The notes under the pieces were generated by a model. The model did not search any database and was not told where the DNA came from. It worked only from the letters and a program-made list of their open reading frames with translations. DNA of 64,000 nt from Candidatus Latescibacterota bacterium (lineage in GTDB: Bacteria; Latescibacterota; UBA2968; UBA8231), in the NCBI GenBank assembly GCA_965242865.1, contig CBDETK010000013.1, forward strand, positions 3,744,001-3,808,000. Reading direction: 5' to 3'. Positions 10,590 to 19,410 of the stretch are shown piece by piece; within the stretch, counting starts at the first letter, position 1; every line of letters starts with the position of its first letter. Position numbers and translations under genes: made by a program.

Positions 10590-11762
10590 TCAGTGGTCGG
10601 GAATCAACTGCTCGTACCCGGCGAGTTCGGGCTTGTCCCTGAGCGTGGCCAAGTGTTCGCCAAAGGCCGCCTGCGGGAAGACGTAGTCGAAGCCTTGCTC
10701 GCCGTGGCATTCGTATTCGGGGTAGAATTGACAGATGTTGGCCGGGTGGATCATTACGTGGTTGACGGTGACCGCCGGTGGCACATCGCGGCCCGCTAAG
10801 CGCATCAGGCCCAGCGGGACGAGGTAGTTGCCGTAGCGCTCGGGGAAGTAAGCGACTGAGGCGATGAAATGCTCCTCGGCGACCATCGTCTCCAACTCAT
10901 CGGCCCCCTTGCCGACGACCAGTGCGTCTGCGCCGCGCCCCTGCTGTTGCACGGCGCGCAACATGCCGGAGACCGACTGGTCGTTGATGGCGGTGATCAG
11001 GATCGGCGCGCCTTGGGGGATGCGGCCGAGCGCGTTGCTCATCTGCTGGAAGGAATACTGGAGCGTGTTTTTGGTGTCGATGCGGATGATGCGCTCCGGG
11101 GGGAAGCCGGGCAGCGAGGCGAGGAAGCCGGCGATCTGTCCCTCGGTGCGCATGGCGGGAATCGCGCCCGACTGCGGCAGTTCGCCCACGACGAAATACC
11201 CCTCGGTGAGTGCCCGCTCGCCAAAGCGCGCTTTGGCCGCCTGCGCTAGGTAAGAGCCGCCCATAAAGCCGGAGCGGGGGTTGTTGGCCCCGAAGTAAGT
11301 GGCCCCCGGCATGGGGATGTCGATGGCGACCACGCCGATCTGCTTGCGGTTGAAGTGCTGCATGATCGCCGGGCCGAAGTTGACGTCGGTTTGGAACTCG
11401 ATGCAGAAGTCAACTTGACGCCGGGCGAAGCTCTCGGCGTTGGCGAGGGCGGTCGGCCCGTCGAGCCGGTTGTCGGCGATCAGCAATTCGATGCCGGCGG
11501 CCGCCGCGTTGCGTTCAATGCTCTTTTCGACCTTGATGCCAAAGCTGATGTCGCGCTGCAAGTTGGCGAAGCCAAAGACGAGGGCTTGGCCGTTCTTAGG
11601 GGGCGAGTGTTGCGCGGCTTCGGCAGCCATTGCTTGGAGCACTGCCGGAGGAAGCATTAGCCCGTCGTAGGTCGCGGGGTCAAAGCCGTGGAAGTCTTCG
11701 CTCGATGCGGAGACCGGGGCAAAGAACAAACAGGCGGCTAGAATGAGGCGGGTCGAGGTCAT
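10590..11762 (-). CDS. Sugar ABC substrate-binding protein
   Basis: Signal peptide MTSTRLILAACLFFAPVSA; class I SBP motifs VVAIDIP, INDQSVSG; first gene of the ABC operon. Confidence 0.8.
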   Translation of the reverse strand: MTSTRLILAACLFFAPVSASSEDFHGFDPATYDGLMLPPAVLQAMAAEAAQHSPPKNGQALVFGFANLQRDISFGIKVEKSIERNAAAAGIELLIADNRLDGPTALANAESFARRQVDFCIEFQTDVNFGPAIMQHFNRKQIGVVAIDIPMPGATYFGANNPRSGFMGGSYLAQAAKARFGERALTEGYFVVGELPQSGAIPAMRTEGQIAGFLASLPGFPPERIIRIDTKNTLQYSFQQMSNALGRIPQGAPILITAINDQSVSGMLRAVQQQGRGADALVVGKGADELETMVAEEHFIASVAYFPERYGNYLVPLGLMRLAGRDVPPAVTVNHVMIHPANICQFYPEYECHGEQGFDYVFPQAAFGEHLATLRDKPELAGYEQLIPDH

Positions 11763-11772
11763 AGAGGCACTT

Positions 11773-11894
11773 TCGTTTGGGAATGGACTGAGAATATACG
11801 GCGCGGCTAGCGGGTGGCTCAAGGCGCGGCGATGCGGTTGGTTACCGTGACCCTCCCCGCCCCGCTGGATTCCGGCCTTCGCCGGAATGACGGT
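11773..11894. repeat. Direct repeat copy A (promoter + REP-like hairpin)
   Basis: 11773-11833 is identical to 13018-13078 (61 nt), followed by shared GCGGTTGGTTAC and a near-identical hairpin at 11865-11892. Confidence 0.9.
11793..11822 (-). promoter_or_regulatory. Sigma70-type promoter for the sugar ABC operon
   Basis: Minus strand TTGAGC-N18-TATATT, about 30 nt upstream of the SBP start. Confidence 0.55.
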
Positions 11895-11933
11895 CCTTTC
11901 TTTTGCAGACTGTCCCTTAGTGCCGCCTCAATA

Positions 11934-13001
11934 TCAGCGACCGTTAGCGACTGACGGGCTAAACCCCCGAACCTGAAGCTCATGGAACGGCAGCCCCGTC
12001 TCTAATACGGTTTGTTCCCATGGATCCAACAATAATGATCGCTCTTCCAGATACTCGATCAACTCATCAGCCAGAATACTAAAGAACTTGGTTGGTTCAA
12101 CCAGATGATACAAAACAAGTGCTATATCCTGCGCTTCAGATTTCGTGACAGATAGCTCCTTCAAAGCATTGCGCTGTACCGTAGCACTCTCCCAGTATCC
12201 AGTGAATATTCTAGCTCTGTGTAGATAGCCACGTGTACTCCTTAGTTGATTGGTTAGATAGTCGATTTCGGACTGGATGGTCTCTAATGTCGTTCGCATT
12301 TTGACATTCTCAACAAACGGAAGTATCATGCTCAGGAGTTCATATTGCACTTTGCTTAGAATGGAAAAGAAGTCAGCGGAATCGGACTTCTTGGCGCACT
12401 CTACGAAGTGCCGAAATTCCGAATTGTAAGTTTTGCTTATAGCGATACGACGCATGACTTCATCGATCTCTTTCTCGCAGAAGAATAGCGCTGCTTCTCG
12501 CAAGGCGGACCGCGTGTCTTCCGAAGAGTGAATCACACACATCACAATATTCTGTGCGTCAAATTCGTAACGAAGCTCGCCCGGTACAGTCAAAGCGGGG
12601 TTGGAGGACCCCTTGAAAGAATTCAAAACCGTCGATACGTCATTTCCTAGTTTCAAAGAGTCACCGACAACAAGAACAGGCATACAAGGCGAAAGTCGAT
12701 AGTACCGGGGAGTCAACCACCACATCGGTCGATTCCCATGTCTCATCAGTCGGCATTGGGTGTACCGGTACAATTCCTCTATGACTCGGTCGTGCGGCGT
12801 TGCCAATTTTGAAGCACCAAAGTAGATCGCACGTGCTTGAAGAAATTTTCTGATAGCATCTGTTTGTCCTCGATACACTGCATCGGGGCGAATTATCAGA
12901 AACCCGATGTCTGAGATTCGCGGACCCCATTTCATAGCAATTCGGTCCGGGACTTCAAAGTCGTTTTCAACTAGGGATGTCAATACTCGTTCTATGTTCA
13001 T
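11934..13001 (-). CDS. Nucleoside-diphosphate-kinase-like protein with long C-terminal extension (low GC)
   Basis: NDK motifs FLIIRPDAVYRG, GSSNPALTVPGELR, VIHSSED..ALREAALFF; visibly AT-richer than the flanks. Confidence 0.7.
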   Translation of the reverse strand: MNIERVLTSLVENDFEVPDRIAMKWGPRISDIGFLIIRPDAVYRGQTDAIRKFLQARAIYFGASKLATPHDRVIEELYRYTQCRLMRHGNRPMWWLTPRYYRLSPCMPVLVVGDSLKLGNDVSTVLNSFKGSSNPALTVPGELRYEFDAQNIVMCVIHSSEDTRSALREAALFFCEKEIDEVMRRIAISKTYNSEFRHFVECAKKSDSADFFSILSKVQYELLSMILPFVENVKMRTTLETIQSEIDYLTNQLRSTRGYLHRARIFTGYWESATVQRNALKELSVTKSEAQDIALVLYHLVEPTKFFSILADELIEYLEERSLLLDPWEQTVLETGLPFHELQVRGFSPSVANGR

Positions 13002-13017
13002 GGGACTATGCTGACCG

Positions 13018-13175
13018 TCGTTTGGGAATGGACTGAGAATATACGGCGCGGCTAGCGGGTGGCTCAAGGCGCGGCGATTGCTTTTCAGGGGCGATGCGGT
13101 TGGTTACTATTGAGCACGACGCCGGGCGCGACTCGCCCCTCCCCGCTGGATTCCGGCTTTCGCCGGAATGACGGT
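13018..13175. repeat. Direct repeat copy B (promoter + REP-like hairpin)
   Basis: Matches copy A with 17 extra nt at 13079-13095 between GGCGAT micro-repeats; hairpin at 13146-13173. Confidence 0.9.
13038..13067 (-). promoter_or_regulatory. Sigma70-type promoter for the NDK-like gene (duplicate of 11793-11822)
   Basis: Minus strand TTGAGC-N18-TATATT. Confidence 0.55.
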
Positions 13176-13217
13176 GTAAGAGAGGGTGAGTGTCCCCATC
13201 GCTAACAGGAGAGAATT

Positions 13218-14354
13218 ATGCTGACTAAAGAAGGATGCCGCACGCGGCAGCAACGCCTGTGTGCGCGGCTGGCCGAACTCGACATTGACGCGGCCGTGAT
13301 CAATCACCCGAAGGAAATCTACTACTTCACCGGGATCATCATCCCCGAAGAGTTTCCCGGTCCGCCGGCCCTCTTCTGGCTGGAGGCCGATGGGCGCTCC
13401 TTGCTGATCGCGCATACCGACGCCGGCGAGCCGTGCACCGACGAGTGTGTCACCTTTCCCCTCAGCGTCGGCGGCACGGTCTCGCCCGACCTGCGCGAGG
13501 CGATAAGCGGGCGGATCGCCGATGCGCTGCGTGCCAAAAAGCTGGCCGCCGGTCGCTTGGGATGGCAGAGCGAGTGTTTGCCGCGTCGCTTGGGACAGGC
13601 GGTTGAAGAAGGGCTGGGCAAAACGCCGGTATGGGTTGCGGTTGATGACTTGCTCGCCGACCTGCAGGAGGTCAAAGACCCCGACGAGATCGAGCTGCTG
13701 CGCAAGGCCGTGCAGGTTGATCTGGCCGCATACTCCGCGGCGGAAGCGGCGATCGCACCGGGCGTCAACGAGTTGGAGGTGCTCGCGGCAGCGCAACGAG
13801 CAGCGCACCTTGCGGCCGGCGAGAAAGTTTTCCACGACGGCGATTACCAGTGCGGCGAGTTGGGCGGTTTTGCGCGCAATCGCCCGATTGAGGCCGGAGA
13901 AATCTACGTCATTGACGCTTGGTCGGTGTACCGCGGCTACTGGGCGGATTTGTGCCGCAGCTTTGCAGTGGGTGAGCCGACCGAGGTGCAGCACTCCGTC
14001 TTTGAGCACGTCAAGGGCTTTCACAATCGCGTCGGCGAGTACTTGCAGCCGGGCAAGGATGGCCGCGAGTGCGCGGTGGCCATGGACGCCTATATCCGCG
14101 AGCATCCCAAATTGGCCGACGTTGGCTTGATCCATCACGCCGGGCACAACATCGGCCTCCGGGCGCACCAGATGCCCGATCTCAACAAGGAGCGCGGCGG
14201 CACCTTGCGCGTGGGCAATGTGGTCTCGGTCGAGCCCGGGGCCTATATCCCCGAAGCGCGGGCCGGGGTGCGGCTGGAAAACATATACCTGATTACCGAG
14301 GACGGCTTGGAAAACCTGTCTCCGTATCCAATGGAATTGGGGGCGCACTGTTGA
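13218..14354 (+). CDS. M24 family (Xaa-Pro) peptidase
   Basis: VKDPDEIE, YVIDAW..GYWADLCRSF, HAGHNIGL, SVEPGAY, GVRLEN; AGGAG RBS. Confidence 0.85.
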   Translation: MLTKEGCRTRQQRLCARLAELDIDAAVINHPKEIYYFTGIIIPEEFPGPPALFWLEADGRSLLIAHTDAGEPCTDECVTFPLSVGGTVSPDLREAISGRIADALRAKKLAAGRLGWQSECLPRRLGQAVEEGLGKTPVWVAVDDLLADLQEVKDPDEIELLRKAVQVDLAAYSAAEAAIAPGVNELEVLAAAQRAAHLAAGEKVFHDGDYQCGELGGFARNRPIEAGEIYVIDAWSVYRGYWADLCRSFAVGEPTEVQHSVFEHVKGFHNRVGEYLQPGKDGRECAVAMDAYIREHPKLADVGLIHHAGHNIGLRAHQMPDLNKERGGTLRVGNVVSVEPGAYIPEARAGVRLENIYLITEDGLENLSPYPMELGAHC

Positions 14355-14406
14355 GCGAGGTGTAGTTGCCCGGTCCACATCCCCTAAACAGACGTAGGAG
14401 ATTCTT

Positions 14407-15567
14407 ATGAAAATCAGCGACATCAAAGCCTATCCAACGTGGGTCGGCCACCGCAATCAACTCATCGTCAAGGTCGAGACCGACGAAGGCATCTACGGCT
14501 GGGGCGAGTCCGGGCTGTCCGGGCGCGAGTTGGCCGTAGTAGGGGCTGTCCGGCACTATCGGGAGTTTTTGCTCGGTCGGGATCCGTGCGAGATCGGGCG
14601 GCTCTGGCAGGAGATGTACCGCGGCCAGTACTTTGAAGGCGGGCGCGTGTTGACCGCGGCGATTTCGGCCATTGACATCGCCTTGCACGACGTGGTCGGC
14701 AAGGCTCTCGGCGTGCCGGTCTATCAGCTTCTGGGCGGCAAGCAGCGCGAGTGGGTGCCTTGCTTTGCGACGACCGGGGCACCGGATCTGGCGACCTTGG
14801 TCAGCAACTGCAAGCTGCTGTTGGACAAGGGTTGGGACGTGATTCGCACGGGAATGGCCCAGCGCAACCAGTACGACGACGAGCGGCTATTCGAGCCGCG
14901 CGAGACCATCGGCATCACGGCGGCTTGGCTGACCGAAGTGCGCCAAGAAATTGGTCCCGACCCGGTCTTGGGCATTGACTATCACCATCGGCTGACGGTC
15001 GCCGAGAGCGCGTCGTTCTGCCAGAAGATGCCGCCGGGGACGCTCGATTTTCTCGAAGAACCCATCCGCGACGAGTGCCCCGAAGCCTACGAATCGCTCA
15101 GGACGATGACGGATGTGCCCTTTGCCATCGGCGAGGAGTTTGCCAGCAAGTGGCAGTTTTTGCCCTATCTAGAGCGGGGCCTCACGCAGTTTGCGCGGCT
15201 CGACGTGTGCAATGTCGGCGGGCTGACCGAGTCGATGAAGGTGGCGAGCTTGGCCGAATCCCACTACATCGACCTGATGCCCCACAACCCACTGGGGCCG
15301 ATCTGCACGGCCGCGACCGTGCATCTGGCTGCGGCCGTACCCAACTTCGCGTGGCTCGAGCATCGCGTGACGCCGACCGAAGCGGGGAAATTCATGGACG
15401 AGGATTTGTTCCCAGTGCAGTGCGAATTGGTGGGGTCCATGTTGAAGGTGTCCGAGGGGCCGGGGCTGGGCGTGGAGTTCAACGAAGAGCTGGCCAAGGA
15501 ACAGGAGTTCAAGTTTTGGGAAGCACCACATTTGCGCCGGCGGGATGGGTCGCATACGAACTGGTAG
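14407..15567 (+). CDS. Mandelate racemase/galactonate dehydratase-like enolase-superfamily enzyme
   Basis: VKVETDEGIYGWGE, AISAIDIALHD, DYHHR, FLEEP, AIGEE, PHNPLGP. Confidence 0.9.
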   Translation: MKISDIKAYPTWVGHRNQLIVKVETDEGIYGWGESGLSGRELAVVGAVRHYREFLLGRDPCEIGRLWQEMYRGQYFEGGRVLTAAISAIDIALHDVVGKALGVPVYQLLGGKQREWVPCFATTGAPDLATLVSNCKLLLDKGWDVIRTGMAQRNQYDDERLFEPRETIGITAAWLTEVRQEIGPDPVLGIDYHHRLTVAESASFCQKMPPGTLDFLEEPIRDECPEAYESLRTMTDVPFAIGEEFASKWQFLPYLERGLTQFARLDVCNVGGLTESMKVASLAESHYIDLMPHNPLGPICTAATVHLAAAVPNFAWLEHRVTPTEAGKFMDEDLFPVQCELVGSMLKVSEGPGLGVEFNEELAKEQEFKFWEAPHLRRRDGSHTNW

Positions 15568-15698
15568 TGGCTATGGAGAAAGGCGCAAACCTCAACCAAG
15601 TGGTCAAAACTTGCTTTAGCGACATTTGATCTGTGGGGCGGCTCGCCTCGCGGCGGTCGTCAACTCGATTACTACCCCTGTTGTAAGGAGATTGCTGG

Positions 15699-16739
15699 AT
15701 GCCTTACCTAATCGCGCTCTATTTCCTATTGGCGTCTTGTTCCGCTGAGAAGCCGCCCGTTGCACAGGCTGCGGGCAACCTTTCGATTTTCTTCTGGTTC
15801 GAGTACATCCCCCAAGAGCTCCTCGACAAGTTCGCGGCCGAGACCGGAATTGAAGTGACCATGGATACGTACACATCCAACGAGGCAATGCTGGCGTCGC
15901 TCAAGGCGGGCAAGCTCGGCACCTATGACGTGGCCGTTCCAAGCGACTACATGGTGCAGATCATGATCCAAGAGGGGATGCTGGACGAGATCGGGCCGGG
16001 CGCGTTGACCAATGTCGGCAATATCGAGGCACAGTGGGTGAATGTGTCGTACGATCCGGGCCGCAAACACTCGATCCCGTACCAATGGGGCACGACCAGT
16101 TTTTCCGTGAACCGCGATGTGTACTCCGGTGACATCAACACCACCGCTATCCTCTTTGACCCGCCCGAGAGCCTGCGCGGCAAGATCAACATGCTCGACA
16201 GCCAGCGAGAGGTCATGGCACTGGCGTCGCTACATCTAGAGCTTCCGCAATGTGTGACGGACCGCGAGAAGTTAGACGCGCTCGACGCGCTTCTTCAGGC
16301 CGCAAAACCGCATTGGGCCTCCTTTGGATCAGATACCGCCAAAGACGCTTTGATCTCTGGTGCTGCCGCTGCGAGCATGATCTACAACAGTCTCTTTATC
16401 CAAGCGCGTACCGCGGGCGCGAACATCGACTACGCCTATCCGAGGGAAGGCTACATTTTGTGGATGGACAACGTCGTTCTCCTAAAAGACGCTCCCAACC
16501 GCGAAAACGCAATCAAGTTCATGGATTTCCTGCTGGAGCCGGAGAACATCGCGGCAGTGAGCAATTTTGTCCGCTCTGCCGCTGGGGTCGCGGGCGCGAC
16601 CGATTTGATAGATGAAAAGTTGAAGGCTTCGCCCGAGTTCGCGCCGCCAGCAGACGCGCCGCCGGGGACCTTCGTCGAGGTTTGCGACTCCGACACTCAA
16701 GCGAGCTACGACGCGATCTGGACGCGGCTCAAGCAATAG
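15699..16739 (+). CDS. Polyamine ABC substrate-binding lipoprotein (PotD/PotF-like), orphan
   Basis: Lipobox LASC; YDVAVPSDY, YDPGRKHSIPYQWGTT, YPREGYILWMDN. Confidence 0.85.
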   Translation: MPYLIALYFLLASCSAEKPPVAQAAGNLSIFFWFEYIPQELLDKFAAETGIEVTMDTYTSNEAMLASLKAGKLGTYDVAVPSDYMVQIMIQEGMLDEIGPGALTNVGNIEAQWVNVSYDPGRKHSIPYQWGTTSFSVNRDVYSGDINTTAILFDPPESLRGKINMLDSQREVMALASLHLELPQCVTDREKLDALDALLQAAKPHWASFGSDTAKDALISGAAAASMIYNSLFIQARTAGANIDYAYPREGYILWMDNVVLLKDAPNRENAIKFMDFLLEPENIAAVSNFVRSAAGVAGATDLIDEKLKASPEFAPPADAPPGTFVEVCDSDTQASYDAIWTRLKQ

Positions 16740-16772
16740 GCTGTTGGGAAACCCGCACTGGTGATGACGCCG

Positions 16773-17942
16773 TCAGGAAATTATCTCACCGGCCCACAGC
16801 AACTGTAAAAACGCTTTCCAAGGCACAATGCGAATTGGACCGACGACTCGCTCGGCCGGTTCGTTGCAAACGACAAGTGCTTTTTTTGGGGTGTATTCAT
16901 CGATAAATGCGCGTAGGGGCCGAAGGGCTTTATCTTCTACCCGGCACGTGCCCTTTACCTCAATGGCGACCTCGCCGTTGCCCAGCACAAAGTCAACCTC
17001 TAGTCCCGACTTGGTGCGCCAAAAGTGGACATCGTACTGTAACGCGCTGTAAGAAGTATATGCTCTCAATTCGCAAAAAATAAAGTGCTCAAACGCTTGG
17101 CCAAAAACGGCACCTTGGGCGTCCTGCAAATGTCGTCTCGCAAGCACTCCGGCCACGCCCACATCAAATAAGTAGAACTTAGACGCTCTCGAAATGACTT
17201 GGCGGCTTTGTCGCCTCTTGAAAGGTGCGACCATGCTGCCCAAAAGCGTATCGACGAGAATCTGATAGTACTCCTTCACGGTCTTGGAACTCACACCGCA
17301 CACTCGGGCGATATTGGAAAAGTTGGTCAACTCGCCGTGCGAGTATCCCATCGCCTCAAAAAATCTGGAAAATGCCGGAATATCGCGCGTCAAGCCCTCG
17401 GCAAAAACCTCTTCCTTTAGGTAATCTTGCAGGTATGCGTTCAGAGAACGGCGGTACTGAACGCTGGCAAAGTGATCGGGGATCAGGCCGCGATTCAAGA
17501 TAGTCAAAAGGTCCATATCGCCGTCATTCAACTCGTCCGTCACCAACGGAAACATTTCGTAGCGCCACGCCCGTCCGCCGAGCAAGTTAGCTCGTCCCCG
17601 CTTGAGCTTGCGCGCACTGGAACCACACAGAATAAAACGCAGCCCCTTGTTTTCGATGAGCCAATGCACTTCATCTAACAAGAGCGGCACGCGCTGCACT
17701 TCGTCCAAGAGGATCGGACGCGCCGCCAGCAATGCTTCGGGTTGTGCGAGTAGCTGTTCGCGCAACAGGGCTGGCCGCCGGTTGAAGTCCAGCATCAAAT
17801 CCGTCTTTAGAAAATCATAGACTAGGCTGTTGGGAAACGCTTGTTTGAGATAGGTGGATTTCCCCGTCTTGCGCGGTCCCCACAAAAAGGCCGACTGCCG
17901 ATTGGGCAAGTCCATCTCTAATCGTCGCCGATACTGAACCAT
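16773..17942 (-). CDS. AAA_14 ATPase with DUF4143 and C-terminal PD-(D/E)XK-like motif
   Basis: GPRKTGKST, LLDEVQ, CGSSARKL, KFYLFDVG, FWRTKSGLEVDFV..AIEVK. Confidence 0.9.
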   Translation of the reverse strand: MVQYRRRLEMDLPNRQSAFLWGPRKTGKSTYLKQAFPNSLVYDFLKTDLMLDFNRRPALLREQLLAQPEALLAARPILLDEVQRVPLLLDEVHWLIENKGLRFILCGSSARKLKRGRANLLGGRAWRYEMFPLVTDELNDGDMDLLTILNRGLIPDHFASVQYRRSLNAYLQDYLKEEVFAEGLTRDIPAFSRFFEAMGYSHGELTNFSNIARVCGVSSKTVKEYYQILVDTLLGSMVAPFKRRQSRQVISRASKFYLFDVGVAGVLARRHLQDAQGAVFGQAFEHFIFCELRAYTSYSALQYDVHFWRTKSGLEVDFVLGNGEVAIEVKGTCRVEDKALRPLRAFIDEYTPKKALVVCNEPAERVVGPIRIVPWKAFLQLLWAGEIIS

Positions 17943-17978
17943 TTTGAATGTTTCTCCAAATTAGTCGAACTTTTTTGG

Positions 17979-18007
17979 AGTTTAGTCCAAAATGGAAAGT
18001 CTGTCAA
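17979..18007 (-). promoter_or_regulatory. Sigma70 promoter of the AAA_14 gene
   Basis: Minus strand TTGACA-N17-TAAACT; overlapping inverted repeat CTCCAAA...TTTGGAG (17954-17980). Confidence 0.7.
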
Positions 18008-18042
18008 GCCGAGGGATAGACTGGGCCGATTCTAGTTTTCTA

Positions 18043-18690
18043 TTAGGTACGGAGTAGTAGAGGCAACGCTGAAATGTCACCGATAACCGCAACCTTGGAG
18101 AACTCGTTGAATTCAGCCTCGCTCGTAGTGCCTGATAGTACCGCAATAAAGGGGACCTTGGCCCGCTCGGCCGTTAACGCATCCACTGTACTGTCGCCAA
18201 CGTACAGTACGTCATCCGCATCCATCTGCATTCTAGATATGGCAGCTATCAAACCACTAGGATGTGGCTTGTGCTCATTTACATCTTCTCCGCCGATGAT
18301 GACGCGAAAGCGATCCGCTAGCCCTTCCCTTGCTAGAATCTCCTCAATTCTGTAGCGAAATTTCGTCGACACGATTCCCAATTCAAAACCCATTTCGATC
18401 AATCGCCGAGTTGTCGCAGGGACGCTAGCAAACACAAGCGTTAGCTCGGTCATAACCTGATCGGCTCGTTTGACAAAGCTGCTTATGAACAAACTGACAT
18501 CCTGATTGTTTGGTTGCCCCGTCAGACTTAGAAAGGTGTCCTCTAGGGACAGGCCGATGGTTCGCTTAATCTGCTCGTCATCCGCTTGAGGCCGCCCCAC
18601 CCTTTCCAGCGCAAAATTGACACACTCAATGGTGCCCTTTGTTGGGTCTGCCAGCGTAAGGTCGAAATCAAAAAGGATCGCCCGAGCCAT
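18043..18690 (-). CDS. HAD-family phosphatase (Gph-like), lower GC
   Basis: ILFDFDLTL, IVSTK, KPHP, YVGDSTVD. Confidence 0.85.
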   Translation of the reverse strand: MARAILFDFDLTLADPTKGTIECVNFALERVGRPQADDEQIKRTIGLSLEDTFLSLTGQPNNQDVSLFISSFVKRADQVMTELTLVFASVPATTRRLIEMGFELGIVSTKFRYRIEEILAREGLADRFRVIIGGEDVNEHKPHPSGLIAAISRMQMDADDVLYVGDSTVDALTAERAKVPFIAVLSGTTSEAEFNEFSKVAVIGDISALPLLLRT

Positions 18691-18696
18691 GTCGCC

Positions 18697-19080
18697 CTAC
18701 GACACCAACACCATCCCATCGCACAATGCCTGTCGCACAAAGGCATTGCCCTCCTCCAGCAACGCAGCCAGTTCCTCCCGCGTGTACGCTATGACATCGA
18801 CCCCCACGCCCACATCCGCCGGTCGGTAGCGCACCGCCCGATCCAAAAACGGCTCGGTGCTGTGGCTTACCACGATTAGCAGATCGGCATCGCTACCCGG
18901 CACCGCATCGCCCCGAGCCAGCGAGCCGAACAGCACGATCCGCTCGATCTCGGGGTGCTGCTCACTCAGTACCTGAGCAGCTCTCTTGAGACGCGCTATG
19001 AGGCGGGGGCGGTCCAGCCAGAACACCTTCACAGAAGCCGATGACTTGGCCGGCGTGGACGAGCGCACGTTCTGCTTCAT
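18697..19080 (-). CDS. Minimal nucleotidyltransferase (MNT) antitoxin
   Basis: LFGSLARGDAVPGSDADL (GSx10DxD), VDVIAYT; start uncertain, overlaps the HEPN 3' end. Confidence 0.85.
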   Translation of the reverse strand: MKQNVRSSTPAKSSASVKVFWLDRPRLIARLKRAAQVLSEQHPEIERIVLFGSLARGDAVPGSDADLLIVVSHSTEPFLDRAVRYRPADVGVGVDVIAYTREELAALLEEGNAFVRQALCDGMVLVS

Positions 19081-19402
19081 CGTGGGTGTAATACTCATAG
19101 GGTGCTCCTTGTGGATGCGAATTGGGGTAGCGAGCAGGGATATAGTGTTTGTCCAACGCTTTGGCGGCATCCAGCAACTGCTGACTGGGCTTGAGCACCT
19201 CGGGCAAAGACTCTAACAAGGCCGTAACAGAATGCCCCCAAGCCGTGCCGCCCATCTTCTCGACAACCGCCTTGACGGCTTTTTCCGCGCCTTGTTGGGC
19301 GGCAAAGCAAGCCCACTCATAGTCTCCAGCGTTGAGCGAGCGGCGTCCGTGGTCCAAGTCTCGCTGGCCCTGTTTTAGCCAGTCGGTATGTCGGCTCGCC
19401 AT
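18962..19402 (-). CDS. HEPN-domain protein (toxin of HEPN/MNT pair)
   Basis: WLKQGQRDL, YEWACFAAQQGAEKAVKA, WGHS, LDKHYIPARYPNSH. Confidence 0.9.
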   Translation of the reverse strand: MASRHTDWLKQGQRDLDHGRRSLNAGDYEWACFAAQQGAEKAVKAVVEKMGGTAWGHSVTALLESLPEVLKPSQQLLDAAKALDKHYIPARYPNSHPQGAPYEYYTHDEAERALVHAGQVIGFCEGVLAGPPPPHSASQESCSGTE

Positions 19403-19410
19403 GGCTACTC

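Noticed and set aside
11762-13067. Two ORFs sharing the N-terminus MSHPLAAPYILSPFPN
   Set aside because: The TTG 'starts' are the -35 box of the duplicated promoter; the true starts are probably 11762 and 13001.
11934-19402. Integron cassette array among the low-GC genes
   Set aside because: No attC-like sites or intI detected by eye.
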